DNA from: a virus
DNA length: 64,000 nt
Reading direction: 5' to 3' (one strand)
Virus record (IMG/VR): IMGVR_UViG_3300004806_000016
Position numbers and translations under genes: made by a program. Within the stretch, counting starts at the first letter, position 1. The number at the start of each line of letters is the position of its first letter. Of this stretch, positions 37,612 to 48,064 are shown one piece after another. The notes beneath the pieces are model-generated. The model was not told the origin of the DNA. It was given only the letters and a program-made list of their open reading frames with translations, and searched no databases.

Positions 37612-38460
37612 ATGATTATTGTTGACCTCAATCAAGTAATGCTGTCTAATCTACTAATGCAATTGGGTAATCATACAAACGCTCAACTAGAAGAGAACAT
37701 GGTACGCCATATGGTTCTCAATTCATTACGTTCTTATAGGCAGAAGTTCGGTAGTGAATATGGTGAGTTGGTGATTGCTTGTGATAACACCAACTACTGG
37801 CGTAAACAGGTTTTCCCATATTATAAGGCGAACCGTAAAAAGAATCAAGAGAAATCTGAGCTTAACTGGCAATCAATCTTTGAGTGCATGAATAAGATTC
37901 GTGCTGAGCTCAAGGAGTATTTCCCATACAAAGTAATTGATATTGAATCAGCTGAGGCGGATGATATCATTGCCACACTCGTGAAAGAGTTTAGCGAGTT
38001 TCCAGCCCAAGATATCCTAATCTTATCTGGTGATAAAGACTTCATTCAATTACATGTGAATGATAACGTAAAGCAGTATGATCCAGTACGTAAAAAGTAT
38101 ATCAAACATGCTGATCCTGTACGTTACCTCAAAGAGCATGTATTAAAGGGAGACTCGGGCGATGGCGTACCTAATGTGCTTTCTAATGACAATTGTTTTG
38201 TTGTTGGTGAGCGTCAGAAGCCATTGACTCAAAAGAAGATTGATGCTTTGTTAGATACAGATATTGATGAAAAGCATCCTAACTATCGCAATTACATGCG
38301 AAACAAACAACTGATTGACCTAAGTATGGTTCCTATTGATATTTCTATGAAAGTGATGGAATCATATGATAGTCAGTCATCAAAAGGTCGTGAGAAATTA
38401 CTTAATTATTTTATCGTGAACAAACTGAAACATTTAACAGAACATATTTCGGAGTTTTAA
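37612..38460 (+). CDS. rnh: T4 RNase H (5'-3' exonuclease)
   Basis: YWRK..FPYYK..R, EADDII, SGDKDF.QL and GDSGDGVPN motifs. Confidence 0.93.
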   Translation: MIIVDLNQVMLSNLLMQLGNHTNAQLEENMVRHMVLNSLRSYRQKFGSEYGELVIACDNTNYWRKQVFPYYKANRKKNQEKSELNWQSIFECMNKIRAELKEYFPYKVIDIESAEADDIIATLVKEFSEFPAQDILILSGDKDFIQLHVNDNVKQYDPVRKKYIKHADPVRYLKEHVLKGDSGDGVPNVLSNDNCFVVGERQKPLTQKKIDALLDTDIDEKHPNYRNYMRNKQLIDLSMVPIDISMKVMESYDSQSSKGREKLLNYFIVNKLKHLTEHISEF

Positions 38461-38464
38461 TAAT

Positions 38465-38959
38465 ATGGCAACTAGAGTAGGCGTGGCCGAGTTCTTAGAG
38501 AAGGTAAGTAAACTAGGAACAGAACAAGAAATGATAGATGCGCTCAAATTTAATGATAGCGTAATCTTGCGAATGGTGCTTCAGGGAGCATATGATCCCG
38601 CAGTAAAATGGTTGTTACCTGAAGGTAGACCACCATACAAAGTAAATGATCTAGTAGATCAAGAGAATGTATTCATTCGCGAACACCGTAAGCTGACCTA
38701 TTTTGTTGAGGGATTCTATCCTAATCTACCTCAGACCAAGCGCGAACAGATGTTTATTGAATTGTTAGAGACGATAGCACCAGCCGATGCTGAAATGTTA
38801 TGCGCGATCAAAGATAAACAGTTTCCTTGGCCTAGAATCACAGAAGAAGTTGTAAGAACAGCATTCCCTGATATGATACCTACACCAATGGAACCAAAGT
38901 TGGTTTTGCCTACACCAAAAAAGAAGTTATCCGACAAAGTAAAGGAGATCACTGGTTAA
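38465..38959 (+). CDS. Conserved T4-like hypothetical protein
   Basis: LPEG.PPY and KRE.MFI.LLE motifs. Confidence 0.7.
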   Translation: MATRVGVAEFLEKVSKLGTEQEMIDALKFNDSVILRMVLQGAYDPAVKWLLPEGRPPYKVNDLVDQENVFIREHRKLTYFVEGFYPNLPQTKREQMFIELLETIAPADAEMLCAIKDKQFPWPRITEEVVRTAFPDMIPTPMEPKLVLPTPKKKLSDKVKEITG

Positions 38960-38960
38960 C

Positions 38961-39164
38961 ATGTCTAAGTCTAAGAACACAAGGTATAACAATCATAATG
39001 ATGATCGTGATTATATTGATGGTGATGATGTTAGAAGGGAACGTAATAATAAACGAGATAAGCGACTGTCTCGCGCTATTAAGACCAAGAACATAGATCA
39101 ATTGCTTGAGTTGGAAGAATACAACGAGGAACAATATAGTTATGCCAACATATACGTTCGTTAA
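38961..39164 (+). CDS. Hypothetical protein
   Basis: AAGGAG RBS; charged. Confidence 0.55.
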   Translation: MSKSKNTRYNNHNDDRDYIDGDDVRRERNNKRDKRLSRAIKTKNIDQLLELEEYNEEQYSYANIYVR

Positions 39165-39378
39165 CAATGATACTGGTGATTACTTTGAAGAATTCATGTC
39201 AATGAGTGAGTTAGATAATTATCTAAAAGCAAACCCAAATGTAACACAAACGATTGGTGCAGTGAACCTAATATCTGGTGTGCCTAAGAAACCAGATGAT
39301 AGCTTTAGAGACATTCTAAGAAACATCAAAAAGGGTAACTCTAAAGGATTTACAAGGAGCACGATCAATACTTTCTAG
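39142..39378 (+). CDS. FmdB-like small protein
   Basis: MPTYTF...TG..FE start; usual position before phoH. Confidence 0.65.
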   Translation: MPTYTFVNNDTGDYFEEFMSMSELDNYLKANPNVTQTIGAVNLISGVPKKPDDSFRDILRNIKKGNSKGFTRSTINTF

Positions 39379-39387
39379 GAATATTAA

Positions 39388-40134
39388 ATGGTTCAACCCC
39401 CAAGAATATCAAGAAAAGAAAAAAGAAAACAACAACAAGAGGGTAATAATAAGAACGATAACAGTGTAAAACTGAACTTCAAACTAAGAAACATTGAACC
39501 GTTAACGGAGAATCAAAAGAGAACGTTTGAAGCATACTATGAAGGCAAGAACCTAATGTTACATGGTATTGCCGGAACGGGTAAGTCCTTTATCGCTAAC
39601 TATCTAGCAACCAAAGAGATACTAGAAGAGAATAGCAGATATAAGAAACTAGTAATCGTTAGATCAGTGGTACCAACTAGAGATATGGGCTTTCTACCAG
39701 GAAGCAATAGAGAGAAGACCAAGGTATATGAAGCACCATATCAGGCAATCTTTACTGAGTTGTTTAATAGGGGTGACGCTTATGAATACCTCAAGCAACG
39801 AAACATTGTTGAATTCATTAGCACATCGTTCATTCGCGGTATAACATTGAATGATTGTATTGTTGTCGTTGATGAGATAGCAAATCTTACATTACATGAG
39901 CTTGATTCTGTTATCACTCGTGTTGGTCGTAATTGTAAGATACTATTCTGTGGTGATTTTAGACAATCAGACTTCACCAAAGAACATGAAAAGAATGGGC
40001 TGGTTGACTTTATGAAAATAATAGATAGAATGAAGTCGTTCGAATTTATAGATTTCGACGAGAACGACATAGTTAGATCAGCAATGGTGAAGGAATATAT
40101 AATTGCAAAAGATAGACTCAAAATCGTCGCATAA
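39388..40134 (+). CDS. phoH: PhoH-family ATPase
   Basis: GIAGTGKS, GFLPG, RG.T, VDE..N and GD..QSD motifs. Confidence 0.92.
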   Translation: MVQPPRISRKEKRKQQQEGNNKNDNSVKLNFKLRNIEPLTENQKRTFEAYYEGKNLMLHGIAGTGKSFIANYLATKEILEENSRYKKLVIVRSVVPTRDMGFLPGSNREKTKVYEAPYQAIFTELFNRGDAYEYLKQRNIVEFISTSFIRGITLNDCIVVVDEIANLTLHELDSVITRVGRNCKILFCGDFRQSDFTKEHEKNGLVDFMKIIDRMKSFEFIDFDENDIVRSAMVKEYIIAKDRLKIVA

Positions 40135-40774
40135 CTTTGACCTACAACTATTACCAAAGTCAAAGATAGTACGAGAAGTAATAAACGGAAAGCGCCATTA
40201 TGTAACACCTGATGGCGTTTTCCCATCTGTAACGACTGTACTTGGTAGAGTACAAGATAAGACAGCATTGAACGAGTGGCGTGCTAGAGTAGGCGAAGCA
40301 GAAGCCAATAAGATAAGCACTCAAGCAGCAAACAGAGGTACAGCAGTACATGATATGCTTGAGAAATACGTCAAGAGAGAAGACTATCAAGTAGGCCAGA
40401 TGCCCGCCAACAAATTGATGTTTGACTCTATTAGATCTGTACTAGACAAGAACCTAACCAAAGTATACGGTATAGAGTATCCACTCTGGTCTAAGCGATT
40501 GTATACTGCTGGAACTACTGATATGATTGGTGAATACAATGGAGTAACAAGTATTGTTGACTTCAAGACCAGTCGTAGACTCAAGGAAGAGAGTTGGATC
40601 GAGTCATATTTCCTACAATCAACAGTATATGCTATGATGACCGAAGCAAGGACTGACCTAATAGTTCCTCAGATCGTAATCATTATTGGTGTTGATGATG
40701 AACCAGAGCCACAAATATTTGTGAAGTCTTCCTATGACTTCCGTGATAAGGTTCAAACCATTTTCAAAAAATAA
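40103..40774 (+). CDS. PD-(D/E)XK exonuclease
   Basis: PSVTTVL, RGT..H...E, AG..D...DFKTS and Q...YA motifs. Confidence 0.85.
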   Translation: MQKIDSKSSHNFDLQLLPKSKIVREVINGKRHYVTPDGVFPSVTTVLGRVQDKTALNEWRARVGEAEANKISTQAANRGTAVHDMLEKYVKREDYQVGQMPANKLMFDSIRSVLDKNLTKVYGIEYPLWSKRLYTAGTTDMIGEYNGVTSIVDFKTSRRLKEESWIESYFLQSTVYAMMTEARTDLIVPQIVIIIGVDDEPEPQIFVKSSYDFRDKVQTIFKK

Positions 40775-40854
40775 TTTAATTTTTTCAAAAAAAGTGGTTG
40801 ACTTTTTTTAGCACATTCACGTATGATGATAATATGATGAATGAGGGAAAGCAA

Positions 40855-41049
40855 ATGACAAACCAAGAGATCGCTAAGTCAATCCGCCATAATCTGTTCG
40901 CTGAACGTGACAATCTGAAGGAGGCGTTTGATTATGCCTTTAAGACATTCCGTACGCTTGGCGCCAATGAACTGGCGGCGACCACGGCATTGTTCGTGGT
41001 GCTGAATACGCTCGCAAATGAATTAGAGAAAAGTGAAAAAACTGTTTGA
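40855..41049 (+). CDS. Early hypothetical protein
   Basis: Start follows the promoter cassette RBS. Confidence 0.6.
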   Translation: MTNQEIAKSIRHNLFAERDNLKEAFDYAFKTFRTLGANELAATTALFVVLNTLANELEKSEKTV

Positions 41050-41107
41050 CTTTTTTTCAAAATGAACGTATGATGATAATATGATGATGAAGCAAAGGAA
41101 GAGCGAT

Positions 41108-41398
41108 ATGAGCGGCATTGAAATCCTGATCGGCGACCACCAAGGTATCTATATCCCCCAACAGTTTGCCATGTATCACGAGGATATGGATAATGTATCC
41201 GCCGAAGATATGGAAATCCTTAAGACTGGCCCAGACCACGAACACTACTGGGAAGCATGGGATTCCGTGCTTCAGAATGCCACGGCAACCCATAACGGTA
41301 ATGTGTGGCGTCTGTACCAAGACGGTGATCTGTTTGCCGTATGCTATGAGCTGATGACCGATCAGGAGTATAAAGATTTTTTCGGCGAGGAGCGATAA
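41108..41398 (+). CDS. Early hypothetical protein
   Basis: GIYIPQ.F...GPD...YWEAW...QDGDLF motif. Confidence 0.65.
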   Translation: MSGIEILIGDHQGIYIPQQFAMYHEDMDNVSAEDMEILKTGPDHEHYWEAWDSVLQNATATHNGNVWRLYQDGDLFAVCYELMTDQEYKDFFGEER

Positions 41399-41472
41399 TT
41401 TTTTCAAAAAAACTATTTGCTTTTTATCAGGAAATGACCTATACTGATAATATGATGATGGAGGGAAATGAT

Positions 41473-41676
41473 ATGTATACTTTTGTGATCGGCGTATATG
41501 AAGCTGGCGTATTCCGTGATGACCGAACCAACCGATTGTTAAAATATGAGACAGTCCGTGCTCGTACCCCAAAAGACGCTCTGAACCTAGTCAAAGATAT
41601 GTATACAATCAGTATTACCCCAGTAGGTAATATATCCTATTCAATCCTTCGCTCTGATTATAAGGAAATAGCATAA
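41473..41676 (+). CDS. Early hypothetical protein
   Basis: Start follows the cassette RBS. Confidence 0.55.
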   Translation: MYTFVIGVYEAGVFRDDRTNRLLKYETVRARTPKDALNLVKDMYTISITPVGNISYSILRSDYKEIA

Positions 41677-42065
41677 TGGCTACTCGTTCTTTCATTGCTA
41701 TCTATGACCCCCAAGACCCATCAATCATCAATGGTATCTATTGCCATTATGATGGCTATGTTAGTGGCGTCGGTGCTATGTTACTTAAACATTACAATAA
41801 TCAGTTTCTGGCAGATATGTTAGTTTACAATGGTGATATTAAGATTCTGGCTGCTAAGATATCTGATTGTGATATGTCCTATACCGTAAAGAACCCTTTC
41901 TGTCAGTATGTATCAGAAAAAGAACTATTAGAAGAAGCAGAAGACCAAGGTATTGAATATGTATACCTGTATACTAATAGTGAATGGAAAGTGTATAGAG
42001 TATTAGACCGAAACAAATGGGAATCAGTCTCTGATATACTCCAGGAAACCAAACAATATGCCTAA
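41676..42065 (+). CDS. Conserved phage hypothetical protein
   Basis: MATRS.I...IYCHYDGY...G..L..HY motif. Confidence 0.7.
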   Translation: MATRSFIAIYDPQDPSIINGIYCHYDGYVSGVGAMLLKHYNNQFLADMLVYNGDIKILAAKISDCDMSYTVKNPFCQYVSEKELLEEAEDQGIEYVYLYTNSEWKVYRVLDRNKWESVSDILQETKQYA

Positions 42066-42405
42066 TATACTATCATTCATCAATACACCAGAACAAGAAC
42101 GTAAGAATAGAATCAAACTATCACTTGCTGCATATGCATATGAGTTCGATAATAACTCTATAATGAGTGATGGTGACTTTGATGAACTGTCTAAATGCAT
42201 TGATGTTACTATGCCTACTACTGAAACATACCATACTAAGGAGCAACTACTAAGATATACTGCTCTTGATGCCTTCTTTATTAAGGAATTCCAAGCAGAT
42301 ACTGGTCAATGGATACATAAACACCCAGAACTACCAGTACTTGCTGCTCTCTATACTAAGCTGTATAAGTCAAATACTCGTAAACGTAGGAAGAAAACAA
42401 AATGA
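42058..42405 (+). CDS. Protein resembling the NAD-ligase Ia subdomain
   Basis: AAYAYE....IMSD..FD motif. Confidence 0.55.
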   Translation: MPNILSFINTPEQERKNRIKLSLAAYAYEFDNNSIMSDGDFDELSKCIDVTMPTTETYHTKEQLLRYTALDAFFIKEFQADTGQWIHKHPELPVLAALYTKLYKSNTRKRRKKTK

Positions 42406-42518
42406 AAACATCATCATCTCGGAATTCCTCGATTAAATCCATCAAACCTATTGGCTCTAAGCGTAAGATTGCTAAGATTGGCAGTATTAAACCAATTAAA
42501 CCACGGGGTAAACGGTAA
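42402..42518 (+). CDS. 38-aa basic repetitive peptide (not in ORF track)
   Basis: MKTSSSRNSSIKSIKPIGSKRKIAKIGSIKPIKPRGKR; ATGA overlap. Confidence 0.4.
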   Translation: MKTSSSRNSSIKSIKPIGSKRKIAKIGSIKPIKPRGKR

Positions 42519-42736
42519 TCTATAGTGGTATTCACTAAGATATACTGATACTGTAGTGTTTTCCACTAGTAAATGGCGTGTATTTAGTGTGGCTTTAAAT
42601 CCCCTTTATTTAAATGGTGGCGTGTCGTGTTCTGGTCGTGTCTGTGCGAAAAAAAATAAAAAAAGATAGAAATAGTGGTTGCTTTTTTTCGTGATGTGGC
42701 GTATGATGATAATATAAGTTGAAAAGGAAAAACCAA

Positions 42737-43848
42737 ATGACCGCCATTGAAATTCTTCGTCTCGCTGCTACCACCCAATTCCGTCCTTTCGATAAAGCCG
42801 ATTGGATGAGCTTTGCTGGCTGTAACTCACAAAACCCACTGATCGGTGAGGCGGGTAATTATATTGTCATTATAGACGACGAAGTCATTGCCGTCCTAGA
42901 CGAAGATAACAACGAATTCTCCGTTGAGGTTTCTCTCGTTCAAAAATAAAATAGTGCTTGCTTTATTTCTGATCTTAGGGTATGATGAATTATAGTTTGA
43001 AAAAGGAAAAGTGTTATGCAAACGATTCAGTATAATGGTGTTACCTACCCCATCACCCAAGACTTTCTTCTTGCTGTTGCTGAGCTTGATGGTCGTCTAG
43101 TAGATAATGATGGTGAGTTCGCGGTAGAATTTCCCACCCATGACGAGTCAGATCTATTCGAGTGGTTCCTCGAGGATGGTGCTATTAATCTTAGCTGGGG
43201 CGATGATGACGGCCAGCCAAGCGAGATGGATGAGTGGCTGGATTTTGATCCTGACTGCTAAAAATAGTGCTTGCTTTATTTCATTGTCTAGGCTATGATG
43301 AATTATAGTTTGAAAGGGAAAAGCAATGGCTGAGTATGGATATCAGTATACCGAAGAAGAACTCGTGTTGATGCGGGCACTGTTTGATGATAGTCGCACT
43401 GACCGACCCGAATTATTCAAAGCCATTGCCGAGAGCACAGCCAAGACTCAGGCTGAACGGTCTCAATATAAGAGCTTCATTCAGGGTCAGGTCAGACGTT
43501 TAGAGGAGCGAGCAGCACAGCTTGGCTTCATTAAACTGAACGTAGCACCACATGATATCCAGGACTTAGAGCTTTACTTAAATGAGCTCTTGGGGTATAT
43601 TGCCTTCAAGGAAATCGTCGACGAATATCACAGCTACTAGAAAAAAAAGAGCAGCCACCGAGAGAAAGTGGTTGCGTTTTATCCCAGTCTAGGGTAAGAT
43701 GATAATATAAGTTGAAAAGGAAGCTACTATGACCGAAGATATCTTGGAATTCGTTGCTGGCGTGGCCCTGTTGGCTATCACTCTGTTCGCCCTCACCCCA
43801 GCATTCTGGTTGATGATCCAGTCTCTCGGGCGAGCGATCGGAAAATAG
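42737..43848 (+). other. Four single-gene early cassettes (42737-42949, 43016-43261, 43326-43640, 43729-43848)
   Basis: Each small ORF has its own promoter cassette and RBS. Confidence 0.6.
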
Positions 43849-43912
43849 TGCTTGCTTTATTACTGGTATTACCGTATAATCATATTGTGATGATGATAAA
43901 TGGAGAATGTGA

Positions 43913-44380
43913 ATGTCTAAACGTGCAGTAATGGTCGCAGTGATCAATGACAATCAAGACAAGCCATATGAGACTGTGGTGCAGATGATTGCTGATGCTG
44001 TATCGATCCCAATGACGAATGCCCGAGGTGCCTATCGGTTCCTCGTCAAGAACGGACTGGCTAATGGATCGCTGGATAATATCCCAGCTCGTACCAAGAA
44101 GCCCAAGACCGTCACCCTAGCGTCGATCCATAAGAAAGTAGCACAGAAGTATCGTGAGAAGGCAGCAGCGAAAGCTGTAGTCGATCCTGAGATCAAGGCA
44201 CGTAACCTGGCAAAGCTGCGGATGGCTGGTGAGTCATTCGTGAAGCGTCCGAAGGAAGTAGTGCAGCTCCGCGAGCAGGTCAAGGACATGTATCGTGAGA
44301 TCGACGAGCGTAAGGAACTGCAGGACGAGCTGCGTGCTAACATCCCATCGTCACTGCATCGTGATCTTGGACTAGTCTGA
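43913..44380 (+). CDS. Early basic hypothetical protein
   Basis: GGAG RBS; followed by a terminator. Confidence 0.6.
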   Translation: MSKRAVMVAVINDNQDKPYETVVQMIADAVSIPMTNARGAYRFLVKNGLANGSLDNIPARTKKPKTVTLASIHKKVAQKYREKAAAKAVVDPEIKARNLAKLRMAGESFVKRPKEVVQLREQVKDMYREIDERKELQDELRANIPSSLHRDLGLV

Positions 44381-44405
44381 TATTTGTTGTGTTGATAACG
44401 ACTTG

Positions 44406-44432
44406 GTGGGGCTTCGGCTCCACTTTTTTTTT
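44406..44432 (+). terminator. Rho-independent terminator
   Basis: GTGGGGC-TTCG-GCTCCAC followed by a T run. Confidence 0.8.
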
Positions 44433-44499
44433 AGAAATACTGCTTGCTTTTTTTCAGCATCCGAGGTAAGATGATAATATGATGATGAAGGAAAATGAT

Positions 44500-46175
44500 A
44501 TGCTGACGATCGAGATGATACTTCCCCGCCACTGGGCATATGCTCTCAACTATGGTGAGATGGATGGTCTCGATGAAGACGAGATCAAGTCCATTGAAGA
44601 GTTCCAGCAATGGATGATTAAGGAATATGGTGGATGCTGGTGCCTCGAGGTCTCTGGTGACTACTGGTTCTCGAAGTTCCATGATGCATCTGAGTGGGTG
44701 CTTCCCTGCGACGTTTCCACTTTCACATTTGACATTACACCGGAGTAAGCCATGAGAGAAGAGACACTCGAGCGCCTCTATGAGAAACAGATGGATCACC
44801 TAGACAGCGATCTCATGAAGAATCTCCTGACTCAGGAGCAGTATGAGCAGAGGGTCGCGAATCTTGACAGGTGGCTGGCTTCTTGGCAGGGACTGATCTG
44901 GACCAGTCGGTCGACCGACTTCGACGTGTCGGTGCGCACCAAAAAATAATTAAAATAATCGCTTGCTTTATTTCACGAATCGGCGTATACTCTTAATATG
45001 ATGATGAAGGAGTTGAAAATGACAGTATCTGAAGCAAGAGTGATTATCGAACGTGTCCGCGAAGAGAATGGCTTCGGCCTCCTGGAGCTCCTTGAAATTA
45101 TGCATGATGAGCGCGAGGCTGGTAAGGATTTCTTCAACAGCATCTATTCCAAAGAAGAGCGTCAGGCGTATGACGTGATGATGACTGGTTTCTATCAATT
45201 GTTCCATGGAGCTTGATATGTTTGTATATGTTTTGACTTCCGCTACTGCATATGAGGGTGAAGATCTCGTCGGTGTGTATTCCGATCTGCCATCAGCCCA
45301 ATTCGCTGCAGGCCACTATGCAGCTCGTTCTGAACGGGACGATCGCTCCGAGGGGTACTGTGCAGGTGGCGATTACTACAACGTCTATTGTGTAGAGGTC
45401 GGTCGTGCAGGTCGCTGGTACACCGATGAAGATGTGGTCTGGTCCTCAGGAGAATGATATGACCGATTATGATACACGCCATGGTGGTGCATATGATCGT
45501 GGTGGCGCCGATGCCTACTATGGTCGTGCCTTCGATCCTCACTATTATGTTGGTAGCAGTGAGAAGTCCCTTCGCATAAAGATCGATGATCCTGACAGCG
45601 AAGATTGGAAGGCATATGCTGCAGGCTTCCGTGATACTGTAGAGGCTGGCGACTTCAAGGATTGGGGCTGAGAATGGCTAAGTTGGTATACTGGATCTGC
45701 GATGTTCGGGAAGATTCGAAGTGTTACAATATCCGTGCTCGCACCAAGAAGGCAGCTGTCAAGCGTCGCGAGGAGCTCGGTCCCTGGAACTACGACGAGC
45801 CAAGGAAGCATGTAATCGAATACATCAATACCTACGACCTGATGGATATCTGCCTGAGTGAAGCGCGAGGATACGAGTGATGGAATCTTTCTTACGTCTT
45901 ATTATGAATATCTTGATCGTGTGGTGCTCGATCTATTTCGTCGAGTGGCTGTGCAACGGAGACTTCCAGCGCGAGGTCGTCTATCTGTTTGCACTAGTGA
46001 TGGTCGATCTGATGATGCTGCGCCAGTCATGAGAGTCACTTTCAGTGCCTTTACTCAGGGTGGAGCGAATCGTATGGCGATGGTCTATAAGAAGGCAGGA
46101 TGGAAGATCCTGAACGTCCCCGTCCTTAATGAGAAGACTACATTATGGGAATGGAGCATGGAAAAAGCCGATTGA
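44500..46175 (+). other. Run of small early hypothetical ORFs (44500-44748, 44752-44949, 45019-45216, 45218-45457, 45459-45671, 45674-45880 and following)
   Basis: Tightly packed, with RBSs. Confidence 0.55.
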
Positions 46176-46234
46176 CTTTTTTCAAAATATGACGTATACT
46201 TATTATAATGAATACTTGCCTAGAGGAGATAAAC

Positions 46235-47182
46235 ATGGCTCATGAGATTGAAATCGTCGATGGTGTTGCAAAGATGGCCTATGCAGGGGACGTTCCCTGG
46301 CATGGTCTTGGTGTTCGAGTCCCTGATGACGTGACCCCTGAACAGATGCTTCAGGCTGCAGGTCTAGACTGGACCGTAGAGAAGATCCCTGGATTCGCCA
46401 CTATCAATGGCGTCCAGACTCCCATCGACCGTTCTGCACTGGTTCGCTCCAGTGATCATAAGATCCTCGATGTGGTGTCCGATGACTGGAATCCCGTTCA
46501 GAATCGCGAGGCATTCGAGTTCTTCAATGACTTCGTTGCTGCAGGTGATATGGATATGCATACGGCAGGTTCACTGAAGGACGGTCAGATCGTCTGGGGT
46601 TTGGCGAAGGTCAAGGAGAGCTTCGAGCTCTTCAAGGGAGATCGTGTTGAGGGATATCTGCTCTTCTCGAACTTCCATCGTTATGGCAACTCGACGACCG
46701 TTCAGTTCACACCGATCCGTGTCGTATGCAATAACACCCTGACGCTCTCGCTCAATACGAAGGTCGAGAACATGGCGAAGATCTCTCACCGTCGCGTATT
46801 TGACGGAGACTCAGTGAAGGAGATGCTGGGAGTCGCGAAGCACAAGCTCGCTGCATACAAGGAGATGGCAGCATTCCTTGGTGATCGTCGCTACAATGAC
46901 GAGAACATCGTAGAGTACTTCACACGGGTCTTCCCTGTGGCTGGCTCTAAGAAGGACATGTCAAAGAACGCCGAGCTGGCATTCCACGTCTTGGAAGAGC
47001 AGCCTGGGACGGAGTTCGCTCCAGGGTCTTGGTGGCAGGCGTTCAATGCAGTCACCTACCTGACGGATCACTTGGCAGGTCGCTCTGCTGACAATCGCCT
47101 CCAGTCAGCATGGTACGGTCAGAACAAGGGAGTCAAGACTCGTGCTCTTGAGTTGGCCGTCGAGATGGCGGAGGCTGCGTAA
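46235..47182 (+). CDS. DUF932 / phage-plasmid TIGR03299-like protein
   Basis: PWHGLG, AGLDW.V, VQN.EAF.FF, TAGSL..G and TPIRVVCNNTL motifs. Confidence 0.85.
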   Translation: MAHEIEIVDGVAKMAYAGDVPWHGLGVRVPDDVTPEQMLQAAGLDWTVEKIPGFATINGVQTPIDRSALVRSSDHKILDVVSDDWNPVQNREAFEFFNDFVAAGDMDMHTAGSLKDGQIVWGLAKVKESFELFKGDRVEGYLLFSNFHRYGNSTTVQFTPIRVVCNNTLTLSLNTKVENMAKISHRRVFDGDSVKEMLGVAKHKLAAYKEMAAFLGDRRYNDENIVEYFTRVFPVAGSKKDMSKNAELAFHVLEEQPGTEFAPGSWWQAFNAVTYLTDHLAGRSADNRLQSAWYGQNKGVKTRALELAVEMAEAA

Positions 47183-47213
47183 TAGAATGAGTGGATATCG
47201 GAGTAAGGTAAAA

Positions 47214-48064
47214 ATGGCTGATTCCCGTTGGGATGATTATGATGTCGCGCATGGGCATACGCTCGAGCTCTCAGTAGAGACTTGTGATAGGCTGTTTCGT
47301 GATATCTTGGTTCAGAATTATCGTGACAATCTTGGTGAGATCGCCGAGCTAGAGTCAAAGGATAGCCTCGGTCACTGGGAGATTCGAGATCTGATTGAAA
47401 TGATAGAGCGCTCCAGGGCAATGGAAGTCTTGATTAAGTACTACTTTCCTGAGAGCGAGTATATCGGAATCATCGGCAATCAATTCGATCCGAATGAGGA
47501 AGACGAGTATGAGATCGATCTTTTGCGTAGTATGAGAGAGGGTAAGTTTCGATGAGTGATGCTGGTACCATAGCCGAGAGGCTTCACAACATCGAGATCC
47601 TCCAGAGAAAGATGATGGATCGTATCATTGCACTTGAAGATGTTCGAGATCAGAAGTCTGAGCCTGACTGGCGGGCGATCGCTAGTGGCTTTAATGGAGG
47701 TCAGTCAGCAGAAAACCTGATCTCCAATAAGCATAGAGAGATCGAAGAGCTCAAGCGGACTGTCAATCAACAGTCAGCATCTATGCATAATCTGTATACC
47801 CAGAACCAGGAGCTCGAGAAAGACAAAAAGTACTGGGAGGAGCAGGTCGAGAGGCTGCAAAAGGCATATGCTGATATCAGATGGCGCTTCGACAATCAGC
47901 TACTCGTTGAGAAGCAGACCGCTCGTAAGTGCTTCGACATAGTCAATAGGATCAAAAACGAGCCAAATAACCCGATCGAATCCCAGATCAAGAAAGCTCC
48001 GCACAAGTGGTGGATCGTCTGCGAGGACATCGAGAAGGCAATTAAGAAGGAATTTGATTTATGA
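47214..48064 (+). other. Two hypothetical ORFs (47214-47555; 47552-48064, coiled-coil)
   Basis: Coupled ORFs with RBSs. Confidence 0.55.

Larger units (their letters stand above)
40790..46235 (+). repeat. About eleven dispersed copies of an early-promoter/RBS cassette
   Basis: A-tract-(G/C)TTG(A/C)(C/T)T-N17/18-TA(T/A)(G/A)(A/C)T-GATAATAT(GATGATG/AAGTTG)-AAGGA near 40798, 41046, 41417, 42679, 42958, 43271, 43672, 43852, 44444, 44963 and 46172. Confidence 0.85.

Noticed and set aside
40103-40774. Exonuclease read as Cas4
   Set aside because: It lacks the four-Cys FeS motif and sits in the usual phoH-exonuclease position of T4-like phages.
40790-46235. Dispersed repeats read as a CRISPR array
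   Set aside because: The units are degenerate promoters separated by whole genes, not identical repeats with 30-40-nt spacers, and there is no cas operon.
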